From IMG/VR virus record IMGVR_UViG_3300013883_000001: a DNA stretch of 35,747 nucleotides; one strand, 5' to 3'. Of this stretch, positions 22,520 through 30,188 are shown piece after piece (the first letter of the stretch is position 1; the number at the start of each line of letters is the position of its first letter). A program made the position numbers and the translations under genes. The notes under the pieces are model-generated. The model worked only from the letters and a program-made list of their open reading frames with translations, made no database searches and was not told the origin of the DNA. The DNA comes from a virus.

Positions 22520-23716
22520 ATGGATAAAATTCTGGAAATGAGACAAAAGAGGGCTGCTTTGGTAAAGCAAGTACGCGACATTTTGGATAAGGCCGAAGCC
22601 GAAAAGCGTGGCCTGACCGCAGAGGAAGAACAGCAGTATGACCGCATTATGGCTGACGTGGACAAAATAGGGAAAGACATCGAAAGAGAAGAGCGGCTTT
22701 TAGAACTGGAAAAACAGCTGTCGCAATCTCAAGGGACTGTTGCTGGGGGTAAGGAACAGCCAGGTGATGGCAACCAGCGTGCAAATAGTACCCGGGCAAG
22801 CGAAGAGTATCGGGATGCGTTTTGGAAGGCCGTCCGTCAGACCCGTAACGCTTTGGATGCCCACGAGCTGAGGGCATTGCAGATTGGAACCGACACCGAA
22901 GGTGGGTTCTTAGTGCCACAGGAATTCGAGCGCACTCTAATCCAGGCACTTGAAAACCAGAATATCATGCGTGGTCTGGCTACGGTCATTTCTACTTCTA
23001 GTGACCGCAATGTGCCGGTAGTGACTTCGCGCGGTACCGCTTCCTGGATCTCCGAGGAAGGGTCGTTCACTGAGAGCGACGAAGCTTTTGGGCAAAAGAC
23101 CTTGTATGCTCACAAGGTTGGTACCCTTATTAAGGTATCTGAAGAACTGCTTCAGGATTCGGCATTTGACCTGCCAGGATACCTGGCGTCCGAGTTCGCT
23201 CGCCGCATTGGACGTGCCGAAGAGACTGCGTTTGTGAACGGCAACGGCGTAGGCAAGCCGCTGGGGGTTGTGCAGGATGCTGAAGTTGGCGTGACTGCTG
23301 CTAGCGCTACGGCGGTGACCTCTGACGAGCTCATTGACCTGTTCCACAGCCTGGGCCGTCCATATCGTGGACGGGCAACCTGGCTCATGGCTGATGCTAC
23401 CGCTAAGGCAATTCGCAAACTGAAGGACAGCAATGGTCAATATATATGGCAACCTGGGTTGCAGGCAGGCCAGCCAGACCGTTTGCTGGCGCGTCCGGTA
23501 GCTATCTCTGATGATATGCCAGCTATGGCGACTGGTAATAAGTCCATTCTCTTCGGGGAATTTAACTACTATTGGATTGCCGACCGTGCAGGCCGGGTGT
23601 TCCAGCGGCTGAATGAGCTTTATGCTGTAAATGGTCAGGTTGGCTTCCGCGCTTATCAGCGCGTAGATGGCAAACTGACATTGGCTGAAGCTGTCAAAGC
23701 TTTGCAACAGGCGTAA
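22520..23716 (+). CDS. major capsid protein, HK97 family, with N-terminal delta (scaffold) domain
   Basis: ATG after AAAGGAGGA. Coiled-coil first ~100 aa, then LRALQIGTDTEGGFLVPQEF and the rest of the HK97 MCP pattern. 398 aa. Confidence 0.9.
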   Translation: MDKILEMRQKRAALVKQVRDILDKAEAEKRGLTAEEEQQYDRIMADVDKIGKDIEREERLLELEKQLSQSQGTVAGGKEQPGDGNQRANSTRASEEYRDAFWKAVRQTRNALDAHELRALQIGTDTEGGFLVPQEFERTLIQALENQNIMRGLATVISTSSDRNVPVVTSRGTASWISEEGSFTESDEAFGQKTLYAHKVGTLIKVSEELLQDSAFDLPGYLASEFARRIGRAEETAFVNGNGVGKPLGVVQDAEVGVTAASATAVTSDELIDLFHSLGRPYRGRATWLMADATAKAIRKLKDSNGQYIWQPGLQAGQPDRLLARPVAISDDMPAMATGNKSILFGEFNYYWIADRAGRVFQRLNELYAVNGQVGFRAYQRVDGKLTLAEAVKALQQA

Positions 23717-23770
23717 GTGATTAATGGGGATCTACCCGGTCCCCTCCAACAATAAAAGGGGGAATAACAA

Positions 23771-24151
23771 ATGGCAAGTCGCGATCTTGTTAATAACATT
23801 AGTGTGGCACAAACCCTGGCCCCGGCAGCCAGGACGGCCAGTGCAAACGGCACCGGAGTTGACCTGCAGGGCTACGAGAGTGCTGCCGTGGTGATTGCAG
23901 CCGGTACTATCACCGACGGCACCCACACCATTGAGATCCAGGAAAGCGATGATAACAGCACCTTTACTGCCGTAGCCGATGCGGACCTGCAGGGTAGCGA
24001 ACCAACTGTAGCGTCCAACACAGTTTATGAAGTAGGCTATCTTGGCTCTAAACGGTATATCCGCGCCATTACTACTGTATCCGGTGCCACTTCTGGCGGC
24101 GTATATGGCGCAGTTGTTGTTCGGGGCCATGCACGCAGTAAGCCTATCTAA
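23771..24151 (+). CDS. capsid-associated protein (possible decoration protein)
   Basis: 126 aa, beta-rich, directly after the MCP. No named family recognised; function inferred from position. Confidence 0.4.
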   Translation: MASRDLVNNISVAQTLAPAARTASANGTGVDLQGYESAAVVIAAGTITDGTHTIEIQESDDNSTFTAVADADLQGSEPTVASNTVYEVGYLGSKRYIRAITTVSGATSGGVYGAVVVRGHARSKPI

Positions 24152-24159
24152 TGAGAATT

Positions 24160-24177
24160 GGGGCGGGAAACCGCCCC
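24160..24177 (+). other. GC-rich GAAA-tetraloop hairpin (no U-tract)
   Basis: GGGGCGG-GAAA-CCGCCCC, 9 nt after the stop at 24151. May stabilise or attenuate the mRNA. Confidence 0.4.
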
Positions 24178-24196
24178 TGATCTCTAAAGGGGTGTG

Positions 24197-24421
24197 ATGA
24201 ATTTGAAAGTACGAATTTTGACCGGTATTGCTTCTCCCACATGGAGCTATGCCCCGGGAGATATCGCTGACGTTGATGAAAAAGAAGCGGCGAGATGGAT
24301 CAAAGCCGGGATAGCAGAACCCGTGGAAGAAAAGAAGTCTAAAAAAGTAGAAACTGCCACAGCAGAACCGCCCGAAAACACAATGAAGAAACCGCCCAAA
24401 AGGAGAAAGGCGGGAAAGTAA
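24197..24421 (+). CDS. hypothetical virion-module protein with Lys-rich tail
   Basis: ATG 24197 after AAAGGGG (the track starts at GTG 24194). 74 aa. Confidence 0.55.
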   Translation: MNLKVRILTGIASPTWSYAPGDIADVDEKEAARWIKAGIAEPVEEKKSKKVETATAEPPENTMKKPPKRRKAGK

Positions 24422-25003
24422 ATGGCCTTAAAGCTTATCACTCCGCCAGCCAGTGAACCAATTACTCTGGCAGAAGCGAAACCCCATCTCAGGGTAGATA
24501 TAACCGATGACGATACGCTGATAACAAACTTAATAATAGCTGCTAGGCAGTACTGCGAGAAGTTCCAGAATAGGGCGTATATTACCCAGACTTGGGAACT
24601 CTGGCTGGACGTGTGGCCTGAAAAGGACTATATCACTATTCCTTTACCGCCTCTACAGTCGGTTGTTCATGTCAAATATTACGGTACTGACGATACAGAA
24701 TACACTATGGATACAGCGGATTATTTCGTTGACACAAAATCAGAACCCGGAAGAGTAGCGTTAGCCTACGGCAAGAGCTGGCCAACTACTACATTAAGGC
24801 CGGCCAACGGGGTGGCCGTACAATTTACGGCTGGCTACGGCGACGCAGCCAGTGCCGTGCCTGAGACCGTGAAGCAGGCAATGTATCTCCTAATTGGACA
24901 CTGGTATGAGAACCGAGAGGCCACGCTTGCCGGCACCGTAAGCCGTGAAGTTGAATTTGCCGTGCATTCGCTACTCTGGCAGGAAAGGATTGTTCCGGTA
25001 TGA
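24422..25003 (+). CDS. head-tail connector (gp6-like / Phage_connect_1)
   Basis: ITLAEAKPHLRVDITDDDTLITNLIIAARQYCEKFQNRAYITQTWEL is the characteristic N-terminal pattern. Confidence 0.75.
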   Translation: MALKLITPPASEPITLAEAKPHLRVDITDDDTLITNLIIAARQYCEKFQNRAYITQTWELWLDVWPEKDYITIPLPPLQSVVHVKYYGTDDTEYTMDTADYFVDTKSEPGRVALAYGKSWPTTTLRPANGVAVQFTAGYGDAASAVPETVKQAMYLLIGHWYENREATLAGTVSREVEFAVHSLLWQERIVPV

Positions 25004-25323
25004 GAGCAGGTAAATTGCGGCACCGAGTAACAATACAGCAGAAGTCCGTTACCCAGAACAGCTACGGTGAGGAAATTGTTACCTGGGCCGAACTAGCAAC
25101 CGTCTGGGCTAGTGTGGAGGATTTATCGGGCAGGGAATTTTACGAAGCCCGTCAAGTACCGGCAGCGGAAGTAACGACACGTGTTCGCATTCGCTACCGT
25201 TCTGATGTTGAGCCTACAATGCGCATTGTCCACGGCGGCCGGACGCTGGAGATTGTATTTGTTTTAGACCCGGAAGGGCGAAGGCGGGAAACAGTATTGA
25301 TGTGCCGGGAGCTGGTTGAATGA
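25000..25323 (+). CDS. head closure / head-tail adaptor protein
   Basis: ATGA coupling. LRHRVTIQQKS...WAELATVWASVEDLSGREFYEARQV...RIRYR matches the head-closure family pattern. Confidence 0.75.
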   Translation: MRAGKLRHRVTIQQKSVTQNSYGEEIVTWAELATVWASVEDLSGREFYEARQVPAAEVTTRVRIRYRSDVEPTMRIVHGGRTLEIVFVLDPEGRRRETVLMCRELVE

Positions 25324-25697
25324 AAATAACAGTAAACATTACAGGAGAAAAAGAGCTGCTGCGGAAGTTAAAGAGTCTCCCTAAAGAAATAGCAGGCGAG
25401 CATTTAGAGAGGGCAGCCCTAGAAGGAGCGGAAATAATCCGAGAAGAGGCAAGCAACCGAGCGCCAAGACGGACAGGGAAATTAGCCGCAAACATTGTTA
25501 CAGAGGTGGAAGAGAAGGAGAAAAACAGAGCGACTGTTAACATAGGGCCTGCAAAAGAAGTTTTCTATGGGCTTTTTGTCGAACGAGGAACTAGCAAAAT
25601 GCGTGCAAAGCCTTTCCTGCGGCCTGCTATAGACGAAAAGAAGGAAGAAGCAGAAAAGGCTATTATTAACGCCCTAAAAAGGAGGCTAGGGCTATGA
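25320..25697 (+). CDS. HK97 gp10-family neck/tail-completion protein
   Basis: ATGA coupling. NRAPRRTGKLAANI...VFYGLFVERGTSKMRAKPFLRPA. Confidence 0.75.
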   Translation: MKITVNITGEKELLRKLKSLPKEIAGEHLERAALEGAEIIREEASNRAPRRTGKLAANIVTEVEEKEKNRATVNIGPAKEVFYGLFVERGTSKMRAKPFLRPAIDEKKEEAEKAIINALKRRLGL

Positions 25698-26092
25698 ATC
25701 TAGAGGAAGCATTATTCGCATATCTAAAAGACTACGCAGGTTTGAAAGCTCTTGTCAGCACTAGGATATATCCCCTTATTCTCCCGCAGCCTCCTACCTT
25801 GCCTGCGGTAACGTATTTCAAAGTTAGCATGGTAAATAAACGAACGCTGGCAAGCCCTTCTAATGTGTTGAAACAAGTCAGAATACAGTTTTCCTGCTGG
25901 GCAAACACGTACAGCGAGGCAAAGGACGTGGCAGAGCAGGTAAAACTTGCCCTACAGGACTTCCGGGGAGAAATGGGAGGCGCAGGCGGTGTTCAGGTGC
26001 TGGACGGTAACGTAATAAACGAGCAGGATTTGTATGAAACAGACACCGGCATCTATCACGTGCCGGTTGATGTTTTGATTCTGCACGAATAG
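25694..26092 (+). CDS. tail terminator-like protein (DUF3168-like)
   Basis: ATGA coupling. LFAYLKDYAGLKALVSTRIYPLILPQPPTLPAVTY pattern. Confidence 0.65.
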   Translation: MNLEEALFAYLKDYAGLKALVSTRIYPLILPQPPTLPAVTYFKVSMVNKRTLASPSNVLKQVRIQFSCWANTYSEAKDVAEQVKLALQDFRGEMGGAGGVQVLDGNVINEQDLYETDTGIYHVPVDVLILHE

Positions 26093-26108
26093 GGGGAGGT
26101 AAGGAATT

Positions 26109-26837
26109 TTGGCATTTAAGCACGGTAGCAAAGCAAGAGTATACGCGAACGGCTATGACCTGAGCGCATACTTGAAGAACTTTTCTGTTTCCGGCGAGGC
26201 AGAGACGCACGACGTAACAACGTTTACGGCAACAGCAAAGAAGTACATTCCGGGTCTGAAGGATGCGACCTTAAGCGCGGACGGCGTCTATGACGGCGAC
26301 ACGGGCGGTATAGATGAGATTATGCAAGCTGCGCTGGGGCAAGACAAAAGCATATGGACATACTTTCCCCAAGGCGAAGTCGCGGTTGGAGACGCCGGAT
26401 ACGGTTTCGATGCCATAGAAAATAGCTACGAAATAGAGACACCGGTGGACGATGTGGCTGTTGTTTCCGCAGAAGCGCAAAGCAAAGTGGGTCAAGAGAG
26501 AGTCTTAACGTACCATCCTCTAAGCCAGGAGACAGCGAACGGGAATAGTACAAGCATTGACAACGGAAGTAGTTCTACTGCTGGCGGTATTGGGTATCTG
26601 CAGGTAGTTGATCTATCTGGCACAAGTCCAACCCTGGACGTTACAATTCAACATTCCGACGACGATGGCGTAACTGATCCCTGGTCTGCCGTTTGCACTT
26701 TTACTCAAGTAACAGCAGCGCATAGTAGCGAAAGGAAAGAAATAACGGGCACGGTTAAGCGGTACACCCGGGCGGTCTGGACGCTCGGCGGTACAAGTCC
26801 AAGCGCAACTTTCAGCGTTGCGTTTGGCAGGAAATAG
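26109..26837 (+). CDS. major tail (tube) protein, long paralogue with C-terminal extension
   Basis: TTG after GGGGGAGGTAAGGA. 242 aa. The N-terminal 130 aa are paralogous to the next gene (HGSKA, AETHDVTTF, GLKDATLSADGVYD, YEIETPVDDVA..SAE.Q). Confidence 0.65.
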   Translation: MAFKHGSKARVYANGYDLSAYLKNFSVSGEAETHDVTTFTATAKKYIPGLKDATLSADGVYDGDTGGIDEIMQAALGQDKSIWTYFPQGEVAVGDAGYGFDAIENSYEIETPVDDVAVVSAEAQSKVGQERVLTYHPLSQETANGNSTSIDNGSSSTAGGIGYLQVVDLSGTSPTLDVTIQHSDDDGVTDPWSAVCTFTQVTAAHSSERKEITGTVKRYTRAVWTLGGTSPSATFSVAFGRK

Positions 26838-26863
26838 CCAAAATTTTTAAGGAGGAATGAGTA

Positions 26864-27274
26864 ATGGCTGTACATGGTAGCAAAGCAGTAATTAAGTTTG
26901 GGACTTCGGGAGCACCTGGGACACCGACTGACATTTCTCAGTATGTCAAGAGCATCTCTTTTCCAGAAGAAGCGGAGACTCACGATACTACAACTCTAGG
27001 TGCTACTTCAAAGTCTTACATTGCTGGGCTGAAGGACGCGACAATCAGTATTGACGGCGTCTTCGACCCGACGGTTGATGCACACCTGAACGGCATCTTA
27101 GGGTTAGACGGAGTGGCGTTTGAATATGGACCGGCAGGCAGTACCGCTGGTTCGATAAAATATACCGGTAACTGCATTTGCACCAGTTACGAAGTTGAAA
27201 CGCCTGTGGACGACGTGGCGACGTTTTCGGCGGAATTCCAAGTTTCTGGCAATGTAACCCGCGGGACATACTAG
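26864..27274 (+). CDS. tail tube protein, short paralogue
   Basis: ATG after TAAGGAGGA. 136 aa. Shares AETHDTTTLGATSKSYIAGLKDATISIDGVFD and YEVETPVDDVATFSAEFQ with 26109..26837. Confidence 0.65.
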   Translation: MAVHGSKAVIKFGTSGAPGTPTDISQYVKSISFPEEAETHDTTTLGATSKSYIAGLKDATISIDGVFDPTVDAHLNGILGLDGVAFEYGPAGSTAGSIKYTGNCICTSYEVETPVDDVATFSAEFQVSGNVTRGTY

Positions 27275-27286
27275 GAGGGTTGATTT

Positions 27287-27661
27287 ATGGGTAAAATGCT
27301 ATCTTTTGACGAAATCCTTGCCGCTCAGGATTTGGACGTGCTTGAGGTGGATGTTCCCGAGTGGTCCGGCAAGGTAAAAGTGCGGGAGTTAACCAAGGCT
27401 GCCCGGGATAGGATAACGAAAGAAGCGACAGTAAACGGTCAAATAGACAACGACAAACTGCAGGTGCTTATGCTCGCAGAATGTCTTGAAGAACCCAAGA
27501 TAACTGTTGAGCAAGCTCAGCAGTTGTGGGAAAAATCTGCTGCTGCGATTGACAAAATCTTATTTGCGATTCTAGACGTCAACGGCTTAAGCGAGCTTGC
27601 GCAAAAAGAAATTCAGAAATCCTTTCGTTCTGGGGTTCAAGGCACCGAAGGAGTATCCTGA
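27287..27661 (+). CDS. tail assembly chaperone (gpG-like)
   Basis: Position between the tube and tape-measure genes, 124 aa, acidic. Overlapping downstream ORF in another frame. Confidence 0.75.
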   Translation: MGKMLSFDEILAAQDLDVLEVDVPEWSGKVKVRELTKAARDRITKEATVNGQIDNDKLQVLMLAECLEEPKITVEQAQQLWEKSAAAIDKILFAILDVNGLSELAQKEIQKSFRSGVQGTEGVS

Positions 27662-27839
27662 ACAGGCGGAAAGAGTATTTACCTTCCGTCTTGCCAGGGA
27701 TTTAGGAATGACAGTTAAGGAACTGCAGGAACGCATGACCGTGCGGGAATTTTCCGAATGGATGGCTTTTTATTGGGCGGAGGCAAAAGAAATAGAGGCG
27801 GCTCAGAAGAAGGCCGCCTCGAAGACGAGAAGGCGTTAG
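27287..27839 (+). CDS. tail assembly chaperone G-T fusion via +1 (or -2) shift at CAAAAAG 27602..27608
   Basis: The T-like segment (LARDLGMTVKELQERMTVREFSEWMAFYWAE) is open only from 27589 in the +1 frame. The zero frame reads CAA AAA GAA across the A5 run. Confidence 0.6.
27795..27820 (-). terminator. terminator for the antisense gene, embedded in the chaperone T coding region
   Basis: Perfect 8-bp stem GAGGCGGC/GCCGCCTC with a 10-nt loop. On the minus strand it is followed by TATTTCTTTT. It lies 16 nt past the minus-strand stop. Confidence 0.55.
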
Positions 27840-28093
27840 GCTGCCTCTTTTTTATTTATCCGCCAGGATTTTTTGCAGTCCTGACAAACCAGAACGTTTT
27901 TGCCTAGTGGAGAAAGAATGAAAAATAGAAGAGAGCAAGGCAGCAGGATTAACCCGAGAGGCAGGAAAACAAACAGCAAAATAACACCTACAAGACCAAT
28001 TGCAAACCCAAAGGCAATAAAAGTTGCTACTCCTTGCTGCTGAACCCTATTTGACCCACACCTTGGGCAAGGTTCCCAATTATCTTGTGACAT
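27836..28093 (-). CDS. membrane protein with split zinc ribbon (CPRC - 2 TM - CQDC); antisense moron
   Basis: MSQDNWEPCPRCGSNRV..., two hydrophobic spans, ...VCQDCKKSWRINKKEAA. GGGAAGG SD 9 nt before ATG 28093 (an upstream ATG at 28102 is also possible). Its stop overlaps the T stop (TTAG). Confidence 0.75.
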   Translation of the reverse strand: MSQDNWEPCPRCGSNRVQQQGVATFIAFGFAIGLVGVILLFVFLPLGLILLPCSLLFFILSPLGKNVLVCQDCKKSWRINKKEAA

Positions 28094-28134
28094 AATAATC
28101 ATCCTTCCCAGATTTTAATTGTTTAGTTGTATTA

Positions 28135-28164
28135 ATTATAAGTCTTTAAGGCTGGTGGTGTAAA
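28135..28164 (-). promoter_or_regulatory. promoter of the antisense gene
   Basis: Minus strand: TTTACA (28159..28164), an 18-nt spacer, then TATAAT (28135..28140). The -35 touches the tape-measure ATG. Confidence 0.6.
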
Positions 28165-30188
28165 TGCCAGAAATCGGTAGTTTGTTTGTTCGCATAGGAG
28201 CAAGAATAGATGAATTTGAAGCTGGAATGCGCAAAGTGCAGGATAGGCTAAAACAAGCAGAACAGCGTTTTGAAGGCATGCGAGCAGTAGGACAGAGATT
28301 TACTGCGGCAGGTGCAAAAATGGCTGCTGCTGGAGCTGCTATGGGAGCCGGGCTGGGTTTGGCCGTTAAAACGGCAGCAGATTTTGAAAGCGCAATGAGC
28401 CGTGTAGGGGCGTTGTCAGGCGCAACAGGGAAAGAGTTTTCTAAGTTGCGTGAAACGGCACAAAAGCTAGGAGAAACGACCGCTTTTTCAGCTTCCCAAG
28501 CTGCTGAAGGTATGCAGTTTTTGGCAATGGCAGGATATGATACGAATGAAATTATTGCTGCTATGCCTGGGTTACTGAATGCTGCTGCTGCTGGGCAGGT
28601 AGACCTTGGGACTACCGCAGACATTACCTCGAACATTCTTTCCGGCTTTGGCCTGGCTGCCAGCGAAACAGCGAGGGTTGCGGATGTGCTGACTAAGACA
28701 TTTACCAGTAGCAACACGACAATGGAAATGCTAGGAATAACGATGAAATATGTTGCGCCTCTTGCCAAGTCTGCAGGTGTATCGTTGGAAGAAACAGCAG
28801 CCGCAGCCGGTATTCTTGGGAATGCAGGTATTCAGGCTGACCAAGCTGGAACGGCTTTGCGAGGCATGATTTTGCGTTTGATTGACCCGCCAAAAGAAGC
28901 AGCCGATGCCCTTGCACAGCTAGGAGTTAAAACAACAGACGCAAGCGGGAAAATGCTGCCTCTCGCTGATATAATTGCACAGGTTAAACAAGCAACAGAA
29001 GGCATGACAGAAGCACAAAAGACGGCAATAGCTACACAGATAAGCGGTACTTATGCCGCTTCAGGTTTCTTGGCTTTGCTCGATGCCGGGCCTGATGCAC
29101 TCCGCAGTTTTACGGGCGAGCTTGAAAACGCTGGAGGTACAGCTGACAGGATAGCTAAAGAACAGCTTAATAATCTTAACGGACAGCTCACGATCCTTAA
29201 AAGCGGATTAGAAGGCATGGCTATCTCAATAGGGACAACACTTACCCCTTATATATCTAAACTAGCAAGTCTTGTGCAGGGGCTGGTAGACAGGTTTAAT
29301 AATTTGCCTGGGCCGATTAAGCAGGGTATAGCCATCTTTGCTGCTTTGGGGGCTATAATTTTGGTTGTCGGCGGCGGCATACTTATATTTGCTGGCATGA
29401 TAATGCAAGGGGTAGCGGCGATTGGAACAATAATTACAGCCGTTGGCGGTCTTTCAGGAGCGTTGGCGTTCATTACAGGCCCGGTCGGCATTGTCGTAGC
29501 AGCAGTAGCCGGGCTGATAGCTATAGGCGTTTTACTTTACAAAAACTGGGACAAGATAAAATCAAAAGCAACAGAATTATGGACACATATAGTTGATGCA
29601 TGGGAAAAACTGAAAAATTTTACCCTTAATGCTTGGGGAGCTATTTCTGTTTTCCTAACAAATCTTTGGGCACGCATCAGAAACACGGCACAAAGCATGT
29701 GGAGCAGTATATATGGTGTGATAAAGAGCATAACAGACCGAATCAGTGGTTTGTTTTCTGGACTTGTATCTTCTGCCTATAACTGGGGCAAAAATCTTCT
29801 GGGCGAGTTTATCAGCGGGATAAAGTCAATGATGAGTAGGCTTTGGGACACACTCACAAATATAGGGGAAACTGTAGCAGGCTTTCTAGGATTTCATTCA
29901 CCTACCAAGTTTGGCCCTGGAAGAGAAGCGGATAAATGGGCCCCTAATTTCATGGAAATGTATACAAAAGGGCTGGAATCCAGCCTGCCCAAACTGCAGG
30001 CAGGCATAGAAAGAATTGCCGGTGCGATGGCAGTTAATTTTGCTGCGCCAGCACCGGTCACAGCACCAGCAGGCGGGGTGACGACAATAAACAATTATTC
30101 GTTCAACATTACCGTCTCCGGCAGCACAACTAGCGAACAGGCTGATGATCTCCTGCGTGAGCTAGCGAGAAGAGGTGTCAAGTTCTGA
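28164..30188 (+). CDS. tail tape measure protein (TP901-type core)
   Basis: 674 aa. AADFESAMSRVGALSGATGKEFSKLRETAQKLGETTAFSASQAAEGMQFLAMAGY core, plus Gly/Ala-rich TM-like segment. Confidence 0.9.
   Translation: MPEIGSLFVRIGARIDEFEAGMRKVQDRLKQAEQRFEGMRAVGQRFTAAGAKMAAAGAAMGAGLGLAVKTAADFESAMSRVGALSGATGKEFSKLRETAQKLGETTAFSASQAAEGMQFLAMAGYDTNEIIAAMPGLLNAAAAGQVDLGTTADITSNILSGFGLAASETARVADVLTKTFTSSNTTMEMLGITMKYVAPLAKSAGVSLEETAAAAGILGNAGIQADQAGTALRGMILRLIDPPKEAADALAQLGVKTTDASGKMLPLADIIAQVKQATEGMTEAQKTAIATQISGTYAASGFLALLDAGPDALRSFTGELENAGGTADRIAKEQLNNLNGQLTILKSGLEGMAISIGTTLTPYISKLASLVQGLVDRFNNLPGPIKQGIAIFAALGAIILVVGGGILIFAGMIMQGVAAIGTIITAVGGLSGALAFITGPVGIVVAAVAGLIAIGVLLYKNWDKIKSKATELWTHIVDAWEKLKNFTLNAWGAISVFLTNLWARIRNTAQSMWSSIYGVIKSITDRISGLFSGLVSSAYNWGKNLLGEFISGIKSMMSRLWDTLTNIGETVAGFLGFHSPTKFGPGREADKWAPNFMEMYTKGLESSLPKLQAGIERIAGAMAVNFAAPAPVTAPAGGVTTINNYSFNITVSGSTTSEQADDLLRELARRGVKF

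Noticed and set aside
22937-23707. 256-aa minus-strand ORF opposite the major capsid gene
   Set aside because: It lies entirely within a confidently identified HK97 MCP, has no RBS, and has an odd composition. It is a shadow ORF.
23726-23744. Hairpin GGGGA-N9-TCCCC after the capsid gene as a terminator
   Set aside because: It has only a 5-bp stem with a 9-nt loop and no T-tract. It may at most be an mRNA-stabilising element.
27601-27705. A conventional -1 frameshift at CAAAAAG in the tail chaperone
   Set aside because: The -1 frame gives AKRNSEILSFWGSRHRRS... and stops at TAG 27703..27705 without any T-like sequence. The T-like domain is in the +1 frame.
28136-28768. 210-aa minus-strand ORF opposite the tape measure gene
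   Set aside because: It is a shadow of the Ala/Gly-rich TMP sequence. The real minus-strand gene ends at 28093/28102.
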